Notes: generated by a model not told the origin, from the letters alone. Shown: positions 14,422 to 32,171, counted from the first letter of the stretch. The stretch is 64,000 nucleotides of DNA from the human T2T-CHM13v2.0 reference genome, Homo sapiens (GCF_009914755.1 NC_060931.1), one strand, 5' to 3'. Made by a program: numbers and translations.

Positions 14422-15001
14422 CCGGGTGGTTTTGCGACTCAGTCATCTGCGAATTTCCGGATGCTGCACAGAAGGGGGTGCCAAAGTTTTTTTAAGATGA
14501 TGTAAAAAAAGCATAAATTTGATAAAAATTATGTCCATTAACCTCATAAGTTTCTACCCATCGGGAAGGATCATCCTTCTGTTTTCAGCAGCAGAAAACT
14601 GACCACAGTAGGGGGTTGTCTGTCACTGAGTCCTCAGCTCTGGTGGGAGGGCAGGGTCAGAGCTGGGCAGGGTGGCCAGCTCGGGGATCTGAGCATCTGG
14701 GAGCAGGAGGTGGAGGGCCAGGTGAGCACACAGCTGCGAGGAGGTGGAGGACCAGGTGAGCACACAGCTACAGCTACAGGGAGGCTCTGCGCCTGCAGGA
14801 CAGGTTATTACAGGGGCCGCAGCAGGGCCTGGGCCGCCTCCACTCTGTTGGCTGGGGTTCAGGGGTCCCAGGTCGCCAGGAGCACCTTGCATGTGGCTCG
14901 GGATGCACGGAGTCTCCCGTGAGGTGTGGGTTTCTTAGGACCCCAGGGCAGGTGTCCCATGGGAGTATGAACTAAATGCCTTTGTGGACGTTTAGACGTG
15001 A

Positions 15002-15307
<306 letters not shown>

Positions 15308-15974
15308 TGAGCCGTGTGACCGGCCACAGGGCCCTGGGGCACAGGAGGGGCCTCAGCTCCGGCCTGGCACACTCTTGAGTTCTTGGCAAACCCTGAGAGC
15401 GGCTGTCTTTGTGGTGATAGCTGCTGACATTTCCTCTAACAGAAATCAAAACTGAGAGTATTCTAGAATACTTGTTAGTTGTTTAAAATAACAATAGTAA
15501 GCCCAGTATATATTGACACAGATGGCTTGTGTTTTTGAAAAATACTTTCCAAAACAAAATCATCTGCAAGAACGATTTTTGCAAATGTCTTAAATGTGTA
15601 GCTTGATGGAAGACACTGGACTTTCACATCTTCCATACAGTCAGTCATGATGTGTATGGCTCTGGCTGAAATACGTGGAAAATAATCTGGCCTCGCCTGT
15701 GGCTTCAAGTGTAGTTGGACAAAAGAAGAGTATTTTAGTAGCCTTTTCAGATAGGCGTGGGACTTCTTCAATACCACGCCAACAGCGACACAGGCCGTCC
15801 CTTGAAGGTCACTCACAGCACAGGGCCTGAGGCCACACACCACAGAGCCTTCCACGCTCAGTGCATTAAAATCCGCTGGTCCATCTCACACTTGGAATGT
15901 AACGATTTGCTTTTTTTTTTCTTTTTTTTTTTTTTGTTTTGTTTTGTTGTTGGTGAATATAATGACGTTGTTCT

Positions 15975-17130
15975 TTTTTTTAATAAAATTTGTATTTTTA
16001 ATTTTTGTGGGTACACATAGGTGTATATAAGGCATGTGTGATACTGTGATACAGGCATGCAGTGTGTGTAAATCACATTGGGGAAATGGGGTCCCCGTCA
16101 CTTCAAACACTTACACTTTCTTTGTGTTACAAATAATTCAGTGATACTTTTCGTTATGTTTAAATGTGTGATAAATTATTGTTGACCATAGTCACCCTGT
16201 TGTGCTATCAAATACTAAATCTTACTCATTCTGTTTTTGTACTCATTAACCATCCCCACCTCTTCCCCCGGCCCCATTCCTCTTCCGAGCCTCTGGGAGC
16301 CATCCTTCTGCTCTATCTCCATGAGTTGAATTATTTTTATTTTTAGTTCCCACAAATGAGAATGTGCGGAATTTGCCCTTCTGTGCCTGACTTATTTCAC
16401 TTAACATAGCGACCTCCACTTCCCTCCATGTTGATCCAATGACTGGATCTCATTTCTTTTGTGGCCGGATAATATTCCACTGCGTGCGCTCCACGTTTTC
16501 CTTCTCCCTTCATCTGTCCGTGGACACCCCGGTTGCTTCCACACCTTGGCTGTCGGAACAGTGGGGCATTCGGCGTGCGCGTGCAGCTCTCCCCCATAGC
16601 TGAATTCCTCTCTTTTGGGTATTTGCCCAGAAGTGGGATTGCCGGGCTGTATGGGGCTCTATTTTTAGTTTTGGAGGGACCTCCAGACTGTTCTCCCAGC
16701 GGTGCTCATTTACATTCCCACCAGCAGCGTGAGGGTTCCCTTGTCTCCACATCCGCGCCGGGACTTGTTTCCGCAGCCATTTTAACTGGGGTCAGAGGAT
16801 GTCTCACTTGTTTCTATGTGCATTTCTCTGAGGAGCGGTGGTGGTGGGCACCTTTTCAGACGCCTGTTTGTCATTTCCATGCTGTCTTTTGAGAGCTGTC
16901 TGTTCAGGTCTTTTACCCATTTTTAATTGGATTATTAGATTGTCTGCTATTGAGCCTGAGCTCCTCATATATTCCAGTGATTAATCCTTGTCAGGCGGCG
17001 GTTCTAAGATACAGTCTCCCATCCCGTACCCGCGGGCTGTCCCTGCGGCTGTACTCTGCTCATTCTTCCCTTTGCTGTGTGGAAGCTTTGGGCCTGGATG
17101 TGCTGACTTTGCCTTTTGCCTCCTTTGGAA
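15975..17130 (-). mobile_element. L1 (L1MA/PB-like) 3' UTR and ORF2 C-terminal fragment
   Basis: Minus-strand translation KIEP..RQSHFW / VEYYPATKE; L1 3'-end text tacattcccaccagcag and T-rich tail. Confidence 0.85.
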
Positions 17131-17159
17131 AATACTTAGACCTTCCCCGCGCAGCTGCG

Positions 17160-18085
17160 TCCGGTTTCCCGGCGTGGCTACATCCGGTTATGCGATGTCG
17201 GATCTTCCTGGTGTGGCCGCCTCCCGTCGCGCAGCGTCAGAAACTCGGATCTTCGCGGCGTGGCCGCCTCCCGACACGCGGCGTCAGAAACTCGGATCTT
17301 CCTGGCGTGGCCGCCTCCCGTCGCGCGGCGTCAGAAACTCGGATCTTCGCGGCGTGGCCACCTCCCGACACGCGGCATCAGAAACTCGGATCTTCCTGGC
17401 GTGGCCGCCTCCCGTCACGCGGCGTCAGAAACTCGGCTCTTCGCGGCGTGGCCGCCTCCCGTCACGCGGCGTCAGAAACTCGCATCTTCCCGGCGTGGCC
17501 GCCTCCCCTCACGCGGCGTCAGAAACTCGCATCTTCCTGGTGTGGCCGCCTCCCGTCACGCGGCGTCAGAAACTCGGATCTTCCCGGCGTGGCCGCGTCC
17601 CGTCACGCGGCGTCAGAAACTCGCATCTTCCTGGTGTGGCCGCCTCCCGTCACGCGGCGTCAGAAACTCGGATCTTCCCGGCGTGGCCGCGTCCCGTTAC
17701 GCAGCGTCAGAAACTCGATATTCCTGGCGTGGCCGCCTCCCGTCACGCAGCGTCAGAAACTCGATCTTCCTGGCGTGGCCGCCTCCCGTCACGCAGCGTC
17801 AGAAACTCGATCTTCCTGGCGTGGCCGCCTCCCGTCACGCAGCGTCAGAAACTCGATCTTCCTGGCGTGGCCGCCTCCCGTCACGCAGCGTCAGAAACTC
17901 GGTCTTCCTGCCATGGCCACCTCCCATCCGGCGGCATCAGAAACTCGGACCTTCCTGGCGTGGCCGCGTCCCCTCACACAACGTCAGAAACTCGATCTTC
18001 CTGGCGTGGCCACCTCCCCTCCGGCGGCATCAGAAACTCGGATCGTCCTGGGGTGGCTGCTCTTGTTACGCAACGTCAGAAACTC
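17160..18085. repeat. CpG-rich minisatellite/VNTR, 46-47-bp unit, ~19 copies
   Basis: Unit GATCTTCCTGGCGTGGCCGCCTCCCGTCACGCGGCGTCAGAAACTCG. Confidence 0.97.
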
Positions 18086-19994
18086 TCCTGCGTGGGCACC
18101 AGGCTCAGAAGAGTCCGGCTTGTGGTGGCAGGGCCAAGCTTTGGCTCATTGTGATTTTTTGTGTGAGAGCTTGACTTGTATCCTCGGCCACAAACCCTGT
18201 CGGTTGTTCTGGGAGTGAGGGACTTGGGCCGTTCACTTTCACGCCGTGCTCTGCCAGATCCCGCGTCCGCACAGCCAGGGTGGGTGCACTGCTCGTCCGT
18301 CCGCCATTCTTCCTGGGAAAAGCAGCTCTGCTGCACGACCCTGGTCCTCCGTGTGAAGCGGTGCACCTGGTGCCCACTCGCGGGTGTAAGCCGTGTGCGT
18401 GAGGGTGAGTGTGGCAGGTGAAGCCGTGTGCTCGAGGGTGAGTGTGGCAGGGGGCGTGGGCCTCAGCTGCTCCCGCATCTGCGCAGGTGTGAGCACAGTG
18501 ACGGGCAGGCCGGGCATGCTCTGCGTGCGACCACATGCCTGGCTTTGACTCACAGACCCTCTGAAGGGTCCTGGGGACCCCGAGGGCCTTGGAGCCCATG
18601 TCGGGAGCCCCTGCCTTGAGTCGTGGAATCAGGTTGTCAGCCAGTGAGGGAGCCCCAGAGCCCATTGATCCATGGCGGGGCCCGTGGTCTCTCCAGGTCA
18701 CGGAAAGAAGCTGCGAATTGGAGACCAATTGGAAATTGTTTAAAAGGAGGACAGCAGCTCACGTGCAGGCCTCGCTGGGACAGCCCATCCTGCCAGATCC
18801 ACGCAACGCCCCCAGCTCCCCACACTCCCTGGCAAATCCCAGCCCTGCCTGCGCCCTCCCAGCTCTCCTGTCCTGCACTACACACCATCAACCCGAGTTC
18901 TGAGCTTCTCCTACTCTCAGCCTCAGCCTCACTCGTCCTCAGGACCTTGCTCTAGGCCGAGGAGACCAGTGCCCCTGTGCACCAGCTCAGCCTGCAGCCC
19001 CGGCCCTCTCGCCTCCCCAGGACTGCACAGGGCATCTCCCTTCCCCACTGCACGGTACAGGCCATTCTTTCTCCTGTCTTTAAAAAAACAAAACACAGAT
19101 GCCCTGTACGCCGCCCCCACCTCCCCCACCTCCCCCACCGCACATCCGCCTGGCAGCAGGCTCCCTGGAAGCAGCCCGCCTTACCCCTCCTCGAGGCCCT
19201 GGGCCCATGGCAGGCATCTGCAGCCGTCCACCTGCCTGCACCTCTGAGCAGCGCCAGGCACAGCTGGCGGCCACGCACCCTCCTCTGGCTGCGGGACGCC
19301 CGTGCTCAGTCTCTTGGTCTTTCCCTCGCCCATGTGGGCCCCTCACTGCTCCTCTGCTGTGTCTGCACCGCTCCCTCAGAGCTCTTCTCCTGGCCTCAGC
19401 TCCACACACAAGTGCAGCTGCCTGGTGCCGAACCCTGGGCCGCTACCCCCCTCCCTGACTGCCTGCCGGGTTCCGCCACCCTCAGTGGCTCAGTGGCCAT
19501 CTGTCCTCAAGACTGAAGGCGGAGACCTTGAGGTCCTCCTGGACCCCCTCTTAACTCCCAGCAGAATCTGATAGACTCCCCAGCCACTGCAGCAACCTCC
19601 CCATCCTCTTCCTGCCTCAGCTAGACACGCCCAACCCTTTCTGGCCCCCACCCCTGCAGCTCCCACTGCCCCCATCACACACACCACCACGAGCCCCTGA
19701 CACGTTTGCCTTCCTGATTTTCATCATCGGCCACTGCTTCCCGATGAACCCTCCGTAAGCATGGGTTCATTTCCGGCTGTGTCGGTGATGCCTGGCCCGT
19801 GGGAGGTTTGCAGTCACTGCGGCAGGTGAATTGGCATCCGCAAATTGGATAAGAAAGTCGCCTGTTTTTCTGAGCCTATTTGCTCCTGTGAAACCTGTTT
19901 CTAAGCCCAAAAATGCCACCTGAAGACTCTGCAGGACATCATTTCATGGTCTGCCCACAACTGCCAGGAGGCGATTTTCAGTTCTTTGAATGCA

Positions 19995-20748
<754 letters not shown>

Positions 20749-21580
20749 CCACGCTGGTTTCAGCCACGGCACACCCTTGTCCCCACCTGAGCCAGAGTTT
20801 GTGGCCTTTAAATCTCATAAACAAGGCACCTCTGTGCCAGCAGTGAGACTGTGACAGCAAGAATGTACTCCTCAGGACACCTGCCCACTCTTTCCCTGGA
20901 ATAACAGCCTCTGAGTGGATTCTGCATGTTATGTGATTTGTTCTGTTCATCGAGAGGGCTCCCAAACATCTGCAGCTGATTTGAAATTAAAAGTAAGTCG
21001 CAGCCGCTCCTCCCGCAGCCACTTCAGCAGCATCTTAGATTTTAAGCCTCACGTGCGCAGCTGGTTCATGAACTATTGGCTGCATCCTGCTTAGGTGCCC
21101 ACCAAGAAGGTTTTTACCTACTTAACAAAAAAGAAAGAAGCCAAAGTGATTAGAAAGAAATGAAATCTCTTTTTGGGTTCTGTCTACTGAAATTTAATAT
21201 CTCAGTGAACAGACTAAAAGGAATTTAGAATCCTAACAACTTATCAGATTTCTCCTGTTTTAAATATACTGGGACTTTAAAGGTTATATGTCCGGTCACC
21301 GTATGTTTTAAGTCGGTGTTAATGCTAACAGTGTTGAAAACAATATTTCATGAGATCTAATTGTGGTTGCCCCTATAGGTAGCAGGAAAGTAAAGTTGCA
21401 TTTCCCTCTCGCACATTCTACACCCAAGTGCCTAAAAGATCTCATTGTAAGTGGGTAGTGTTACCGGAAGCCATTGTGTTCACACGGGGGAAATGCCGTA
21501 TATATTTTTCAACAAATATTAACGTTTATACTTTCATGTTTGAAAATTTAATTAAAAATGTTTGTTTTAATGATTGTGTA
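20749..21580 (+). other. DNAAF5: DNAAF5 3' UTR
   Basis: AT-rich, repeat-free sequence after the stop codon, ending at an ATTAAA signal. Confidence 0.75.
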
Positions 21581-21600
21581 TGCCTGACTTTGTGAGTTGG
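21551..21600 (+). terminator. Poly(A) signal ATTAAA (21551-21556) with downstream GU/U-rich element; possible proximal ATTAAA at 20986-20991
   Basis: ATTAAA followed by tgtttgtttt...tgtgtatg...tttgtg; composition changes abruptly afterwards. Confidence 0.65.
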
Positions 21601-21664
21601 TAACTAACCGACATGTCAGGCAGGGATCCCAGCCTCTAGAATTCCAGAGTTCCTCTGTGGGGTG

Positions 21665-21696
21665 TCGTAGTGCCCGCTCTGGACACCAGGGGGCAG
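21665..21696 (+). promoter_or_regulatory. Candidate CTCF site with upstream module
   Basis: ACACCAGGGGGCAG core (21683-21696), preceded by CGTAGTGCC-n5-TGG. Confidence 0.55.
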
Positions 21697-21769
21697 GAGC
21701 TCCCAACACGTTCGGGGAACACCCCTGGTAAGGAGGGCCCCATAGGACTCACCTTGAGAGGGGCTGGGG

Positions 21770-22580
21770 CATCAGGGTGAGGGCAGGCCAGCCTTGGGGG
21801 GGTGTCAGGGTTGGGGGAGGTCAGCCTTGGGGGGCATCATCAGGGTGAGGGCAGGCCAGCGTTGGGAGGGGTGTCATGGTTGGGGAGGTCAGCCTTGGGG
21901 GGTGTCAGGGTCGGGTGAGGTCAGCCTTGGGGGGCATCAGGGTGAGGGCAGGCCAGCCTTGGGGGTGTCTGGGTAGGGGGAGGTCAGCCTGGTTGGCAGG
22001 TGGGGTGTCCAGGTGCAGAGAGGTCAATCTGGATGGGGGTTGGTTTCAGAGTTGGGGGACGTCAACCTTGATGGAGGGTGTTTTGTCTGGGTGGGGGAAG
22101 GTCACCTTTGGGATTGTCTGGGTGGGGGAGGTCAGCCTTGGGGGAGGTCAGCCTTGGGGGTGGCTGGGGTGTCCAGGTTGTGGGAGGTCAGCCTGGGGGG
22201 GACGCCGGGGTGGAGAGGTCAGCCTTGGGGGGTGTCTGGGTTGAGGGAGGTGAACCTCGGAGGGTGTCAGGGTTGGGTGAGGTCAGCCTTGGGGGGTATC
22301 TGGTTTGGGGGAGGTCAGCCTTGTGGTGTCTGGGTTGGGGGAGGTCAGCCTTGGGGGGTGTCTGGGTTGGGGGAGGTCAGCCTTGGGGGGTGTCTGGGTT
22401 GGGGGAGGTCAGCCTTGGGGGGTGTCTGAGTTGGGGGAGGTCACTCTTGGGGGGAGTCAGGGTGGGAGGAGGTCACTCTTGGGGGGTGTCTGGGTTAGGG
22501 GAGGTCACCCCTGGGGGGTGTCAGGGTTGGGGGAGTTCAGCCTTGGGGATGGCTGGAGTGTCCGGATTGGGAGGTCAGCA
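21770..22580. repeat. G-rich minisatellite, ~32-bp unit, roughly 25 degenerate copies
   Basis: Unit GGGGGAGGTCAGCCTTGGGGGGTGTCTGGGTT; AGGTCA period 32 in the homogeneous part (22342, 22374). Confidence 0.95.
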
Positions 22581-23349
22581 TGTATAGCTGAGCCTGCCCC
22601 ATGGACTCACATCCCCTGCCCTAGACACCCTCGCCACCCTCTGGTCCCCTTCAGAGTTGCACCGTCATGGCTGTTCCCTGCGCCAGCTTCTGTAACTCGT
22701 GGCCACAGGGATTTCGGGGGCCCTCAGGGGTGGTCTTCCACCTCTTCCTTGTGTGCCCTTTGACCTCTGTGGCTTCTGCCACATCCTTGAAGAGCCCTCA
22801 AGAGCCCCTGGGTCGGTGGTCCTTGGTGGCGATGGAGCCAGTGGCAGCAGCCTCACCTGGAAGCTTGTTAGAAAGGCACATTGCAGGGCCTCAGGCCAGA
22901 CCTACTGAGGCAGAGACAGGTGGGCCGCAGTCAGCCCTGCAGGTGATTCTGAGGCTGCGGACTGGGAGGACCCCCACCTGTGCACCAAGCAGTTCCCATC
23001 CAGCTCCCATCCAGCACGAGGCTCCGTCGTCTGTCTCTGTCACAAGACCCAGAAATGAATGGCAGGGAGCTTGCCCGAGAGGACACACGTGTGAGGGGCC
23101 CCTCGACCCCTCGGACGCAAGTGCACCAACCCCTGGGCCGTCCCTCGCCCTGCATGCTGGGGCCACAGCATGGGAAGAGACATCAGCGCTGCCGCTCCGT
23201 CTCTACACATCTGTAAAGGGAGCTCCCAGGGACCTGGCACGTCCACAGGTGCGTGTGTTCAGAGAAAGACGGAAACCCAGCCTACAAGGGTTCACAGACA
23301 GCCAAGAGGCATTACGTCCCTCTCCACTTAATTCTTTGAAATGTTGATA

Positions 23350-23772
23350 GGCCGGGTGTGGTGGTTCATGCCTGTAAAATCCAGCACTTTGGGATGCTGA
23401 GTGGAGAGGATCACTTGAGCCCAGGAGTTCGAGACCAGCCTGGGGAACAGAGGGAGACCCCATCTCTACCAAAAATTTTTAAAATGAGCCGGGCGTGTTG
23501 GTGGCCCATGCCTGTAATCCCAGCACTTTGGGAGGCCAAGGCGGGCAGATCTCTTGAGGCCAGGAATTCAAGACCAGCCTGGACAGCATTGGGAAACCCC
23601 GTCTCTACAAAAAAATTTTAAAAATGAGTGGGCATGGTGGCGCACACCTGCAGTCTGAGCTACTCAGGAGTCTGAGATGGAAGAATCACCCGAGCCTGAG
23701 AAATCGAAGCTGCAGTTACCCAAGATTGCACTCACTTTTTTTAAACAAGTGAGACCTTGTTTAAAAAAAAAA
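23350..23772 (+). mobile_element. Compound Alu (FLAM/AluJ monomers)
   Basis: Three Alu monomers head to tail. Confidence 0.88.
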
Positions 23773-23779
23773 TTTTGTA

Positions 23780-24975
23780 AATCATAAATGAGTGCATTAA
23801 TACAACATGTACTTTTTTTGTCTTGCCTCTTTCACTCATCAGTTTTGATGTCCATCTATGTTGGGGTGTCCATCAATAGTTCATTCCTTTTTGCTGCTGC
23901 GTAATATTCCATTCTATAGATAAGCCACAGTGTGTTCACCCACTCAGCTTCTGACGTGTGTTTGAGGTCTTTCCAGGTTTTGGCTATTACAAATAAAGCT
24001 TCTTCCAACATTTGTGTACATGTCTTTGTATGGATAGGTACTTTCATTTCTCTTGGATAAACATCTAGTAGAATGGCAGTCATGGTGGATGTATACTAAA
24101 TTTTTAAGAAACTACCATTCTATTTTCCAGAGTGGCGGGACCATTTCCACCAGCCCTGTGCAAGAATTCCAGTTCCTCCCATATTTGCCAACACTAGCTA
24201 ATCAGTTTTTAATTTTAGCCATTTTAATAGGTACATAGTTGTATCTCATTATGGTTTTAGTTTGCATTTCCCTAATGTCTAATGAGGCTGAGCATCTTTT
24301 CATATGCTTATTTGCCATCTGTGTATCTTTTTTGGTGAAGAGTCTTTTTAAATATTGACATGGTTTGGCTGAGTGTCCCCACCCAAATCTCATGTTGAAC
24401 TATAATTCCCAGTGTTGAGGGAAGGACCTGGTGGGAGGTGATTGGATCATGGGGATGGATTTCTCCCTTGCTGTTCTCATGATAGTGAGTTCTTATGAGA
24501 TCTGGTTGTTTAAAAGTGTGCCTTCTCTCTCCCGTCGCCATGTGAAGATGTGCCTGGTTCCCCTTCACCTTCTGCCATGATTGGAAGTTTCCTGAGGCCT
24601 CCCCACCCATGGAGAACTGTGAGTCAATTAAACCTCTTTTCTTCATAAACAAGCCAGTCTCAGGTAGTTCTTTATGGCAATGTGAGAACGGACTAATACA
24701 AATATCTTGCCCATTTAGACAAAACTGGGTTGTGTTCTTCCTGAATATTGAGAATTCTTCATATATTCTAGGTACAAGTCCTTTATCATATATCTATGAT
24801 TTGCAAATATTTTCTCTCATTCCATAGCTTGTCTTTTCATTATTTTAACAATGTCGTTTGAAGAAGATAAGCTTTTTATTTTGAATGAAGTCTAATTTAT
24901 CAATTTCTTTTTTAATGGATTGTGCTTTTGGTGTTGTATCTAGGAAATCTTTGCCTAACCCAAGGACACAAAGTC
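23780..24975 (-). mobile_element. Old L1M ORF2/3' fragment, split by a MaLR LTR
   Basis: ORF2-like translations KTCTQMLEEALFVIAKTWK and KDTQMANKHMKRCSASLDIREMQ. Confidence 0.88.
24356..24700 (-). mobile_element. MST/THE1-family MaLR solo LTR with 5-bp TSD AATAT
   Basis: tgacatggtttggct...gactaataca termini; AATAT at 24351 and 24701. Confidence 0.9.
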
Positions 24976-25006
24976 TTCAGTTCCTGAAGCTCAAAAAGCT
25001 GTTGTT

Positions 25007-27255
<2,249 letters not shown>

Positions 27256-27559
27256 ACTCCTTTTTAAATCACCGAATCAATGATGACTATATGGAGGCTC
27301 TTTATGTTTATTATATTATTCTCTCTACTTGTGTATGTGTGAATTCTACATGAGTTTTTATAATGAAAAAATCACACTTCAAAAACAGTCACCTGGCTAA
27401 GCATGGAAGACACAGGCTCAGCCTGAGTGCTCTTGGAGGCTCTTCTCCAGGTGGGAGCAGGCCGGGCGGTGTCCCTTTTACTGAGCACTTGATTTTCCAC
27501 TACCAGGTGTCTCCTCACTAGCCTGAGAACTTAGTTAAATTTTCTCTAAAGATAAATCT

Positions 27560-28440
<881 letters not shown>

Positions 28441-28450
28441 ACAGCGATAG

Positions 28451-29700
<1,250 letters not shown>

Positions 29701-29924
29701 TCCGGGTCCAGGGGATGTCTCTGAGCCCCCAATCCTTTACGGGGCCTTTTCCTGGGGTCCCTGTGGGCTCCATCCCGGGATGCAGGACAGAGATGTGGGA
29801 TGCGGAAGGGTTCCCCGCAGGGATCCAGGTCCGGGGGCAGGAGGAGCCCAGAGGGTGGCACCATCACGCAAAGGCCTCCAGAGGCGTGGCCCGGGACAAG
29901 CACAGCGCCAGCCGCCTGCGCTGC

Positions 29925-30410
29925 CAGGGCAGGGTCCACACCCACAGACTGTAACCTGGACCCGGGCAGGGCGGGGTCCACACCCACAGACTGTAACCTG
30001 GACCCAGGTGGGGTCCACACCCGCGGACTGTAACCTGGACCCGGGCAGGGCAGGGTCCACACCCGCGGACTGTAACCTGGACCCGGGCAGGGCGGGGTCC
30101 ACACCCTTGGACTGTAACCTGGACCCGGGCAGGGCGGGGTCCGCACCCGCGGACTGTAACCTGGACCCGGGCAGGGCGGGGTCCGCACCCGCGGACTCTA
30201 ACCTGGACCCAGGCAGGGCAGGGTCCATCCACACCCACAGAATCTAACCTGGACTGGGGCAGGGCCTAAACCCAGGGACTCTAACCTGGACCCGGGCAGG
30301 GGAAGGGTCCACACCCGCAGACTCTAACCTGGACCAGAGCCTGGGAGGGTCCACACCCGCAGAATCTAACCTGGACCTGGGCAGGGCAGGGTCCACACCC
30401 ACAGAGTCTG
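29925..30410. repeat. 42-bp minisatellite, ~11 copies
   Basis: Unit GGTCCACACCC(A/G)C(A/G)GACT(G/C)TAACCTGGACCCGGGCAGGGCGG. Confidence 0.95.
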
Positions 30411-30862
30411 TCTAATCTGCAGAGGACAAGGGTGGGGTCTCCCACAGAGCCAGCCTGAGGGGTGGGTGCACCTGAGGGGTGGGCGCACCTAAGGGGTGGG
30501 CTCGTCGCCCTCTGCCTCATGCTGGCAGGACCCGAGAGGCCTGGGAGTGCTGGGAACTGAGAAACAGTCATCACCAATTAAAAGTCCCGCTGCCTTTTAT
30601 TAACACCATGCGTCACCCTTCTGTACAATATCAGTGAGAAAACACTCGCCTAAAAAAAACCTTTTGTTGCTCTAAATTCTAAGCTGAACAGTTGCTGCAA
30701 TCGCCAGTGAGTTTTAATACAGCTTCCGATTAGCACATTTTAATTACCCTTTATAAACATGCTCTAAGTGAAAGTCAATTCAGACAATGTCCAGTGAGGC
30801 AGTGGGATCCCATCACACACGGACTCACAGCGCACACTACTCCAATATTTAGGTAAATTCAT

Positions 30863-31252
<390 letters not shown>

Positions 31253-31359
31253 TCAAGAGAAAAGGAACAGGCAGGGGAAGAGCCGGTGCTCCAAAAATCC
31301 ACTCTTTACAAAAGAGAAGGTGAACCTGGAATGCCTTACCCGTGGATATTTAACCTTTT

Positions 31360-32171
31360 TTTAATTTTATTTATTTATTTTTTTATTATTATTATACTTT
31401 AAGTTTTAGGGTACATGTGCACAATGTGCAGGTTTGTTACATATGTATACATGTGCCATGCTGGTGTGCTGCACCCATTAACTCGTCATTTAACATTAGG
31501 TATATCTCCTAATGCTATCCCTCCCCCCTCCCCCGACCCCACAACAGTCCTCAGAGTGTGATGTTCCCCTTCCTGTGTCCGTGTGTTCTCATTGTTCAAT
31601 TCCCACCTATGAGTGAGAACATGCGGTGTTTGGTTTTTTTGTCCTTGCGATAGTTTGCTGAGAATGATGATTTCCAGTTTCATCCATGTTCCTACAAAGG
31701 ACATGAACTCATCATTTTTTATGGCTGCATAGTATTCCATGGTGTATATGTGCCACATTTTCTTAATCCAGTCTATCATTGTTGGACATTTGGGTTGGTT
31801 CCAAGTCTTTGCTATTGTGAATAGTGCTGCAGTAAACATACGTGTGCATGTGTCTTTATAGCAGCATGATTTATAATCCTTTGGGTATATACCCAGTAAT
31901 GGGATGGCTGGGTCAAATGGTATTTCTAGTTCTAGATCCCTGAGGAATCGCCACACCGACTTCCACAATGGTTGAACTAGTTTACAGTCTCACCAACAGT
32001 GTGAAAGTGTCCTATTTCTCCACATCCTCTCCAGCACCTGTTGTTTCCTGACTTTTTAATGATCGCCATTCTAACTGGTGTGAGATGGTATCTCACTGTG
32101 GTTTTGATTTGCATTTCTCTGATGGCCAGTGATGGTGAGCATGTTTTCATGTGTTTTTTGGCTGCATAAAT
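31360..32171 (-). mobile_element. 5'-truncated young L1PA (ORF2 C-terminus + 3' UTR), TSD ~GAT(A/G)TTTAACCTTTT
   Basis: Near-consensus ORF2p tail WKSVWRFLRDLELEIPFDPAIPLLGIYPKDYKSCCYKDTC; direct repeats at 31345 and 32172. Confidence 0.96.

Noticed and set aside
17160-18085. CRISPR-like array
   Set aside because: Units are contiguous with no unique spacers; eukaryotic intron; no cas genes. The same applies to the other arrays.
16950-18218. 422/388/304-aa ORFs as a new gene
   Set aside because: Translation of the 47-bp repeat, starting in antisense L1 sequence; all three frames are equally open.
21770-22580. Telomeric or immunoglobulin switch repeat
   Set aside because: No TTAGGG tandem (one isolated instance) and no GAGCT pentamers.
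31486-31968. 160-aa ORF with real protein similarity
   Set aside because: It is the C-terminus of L1 ORF2p in a 5'-truncated, non-autonomous copy.
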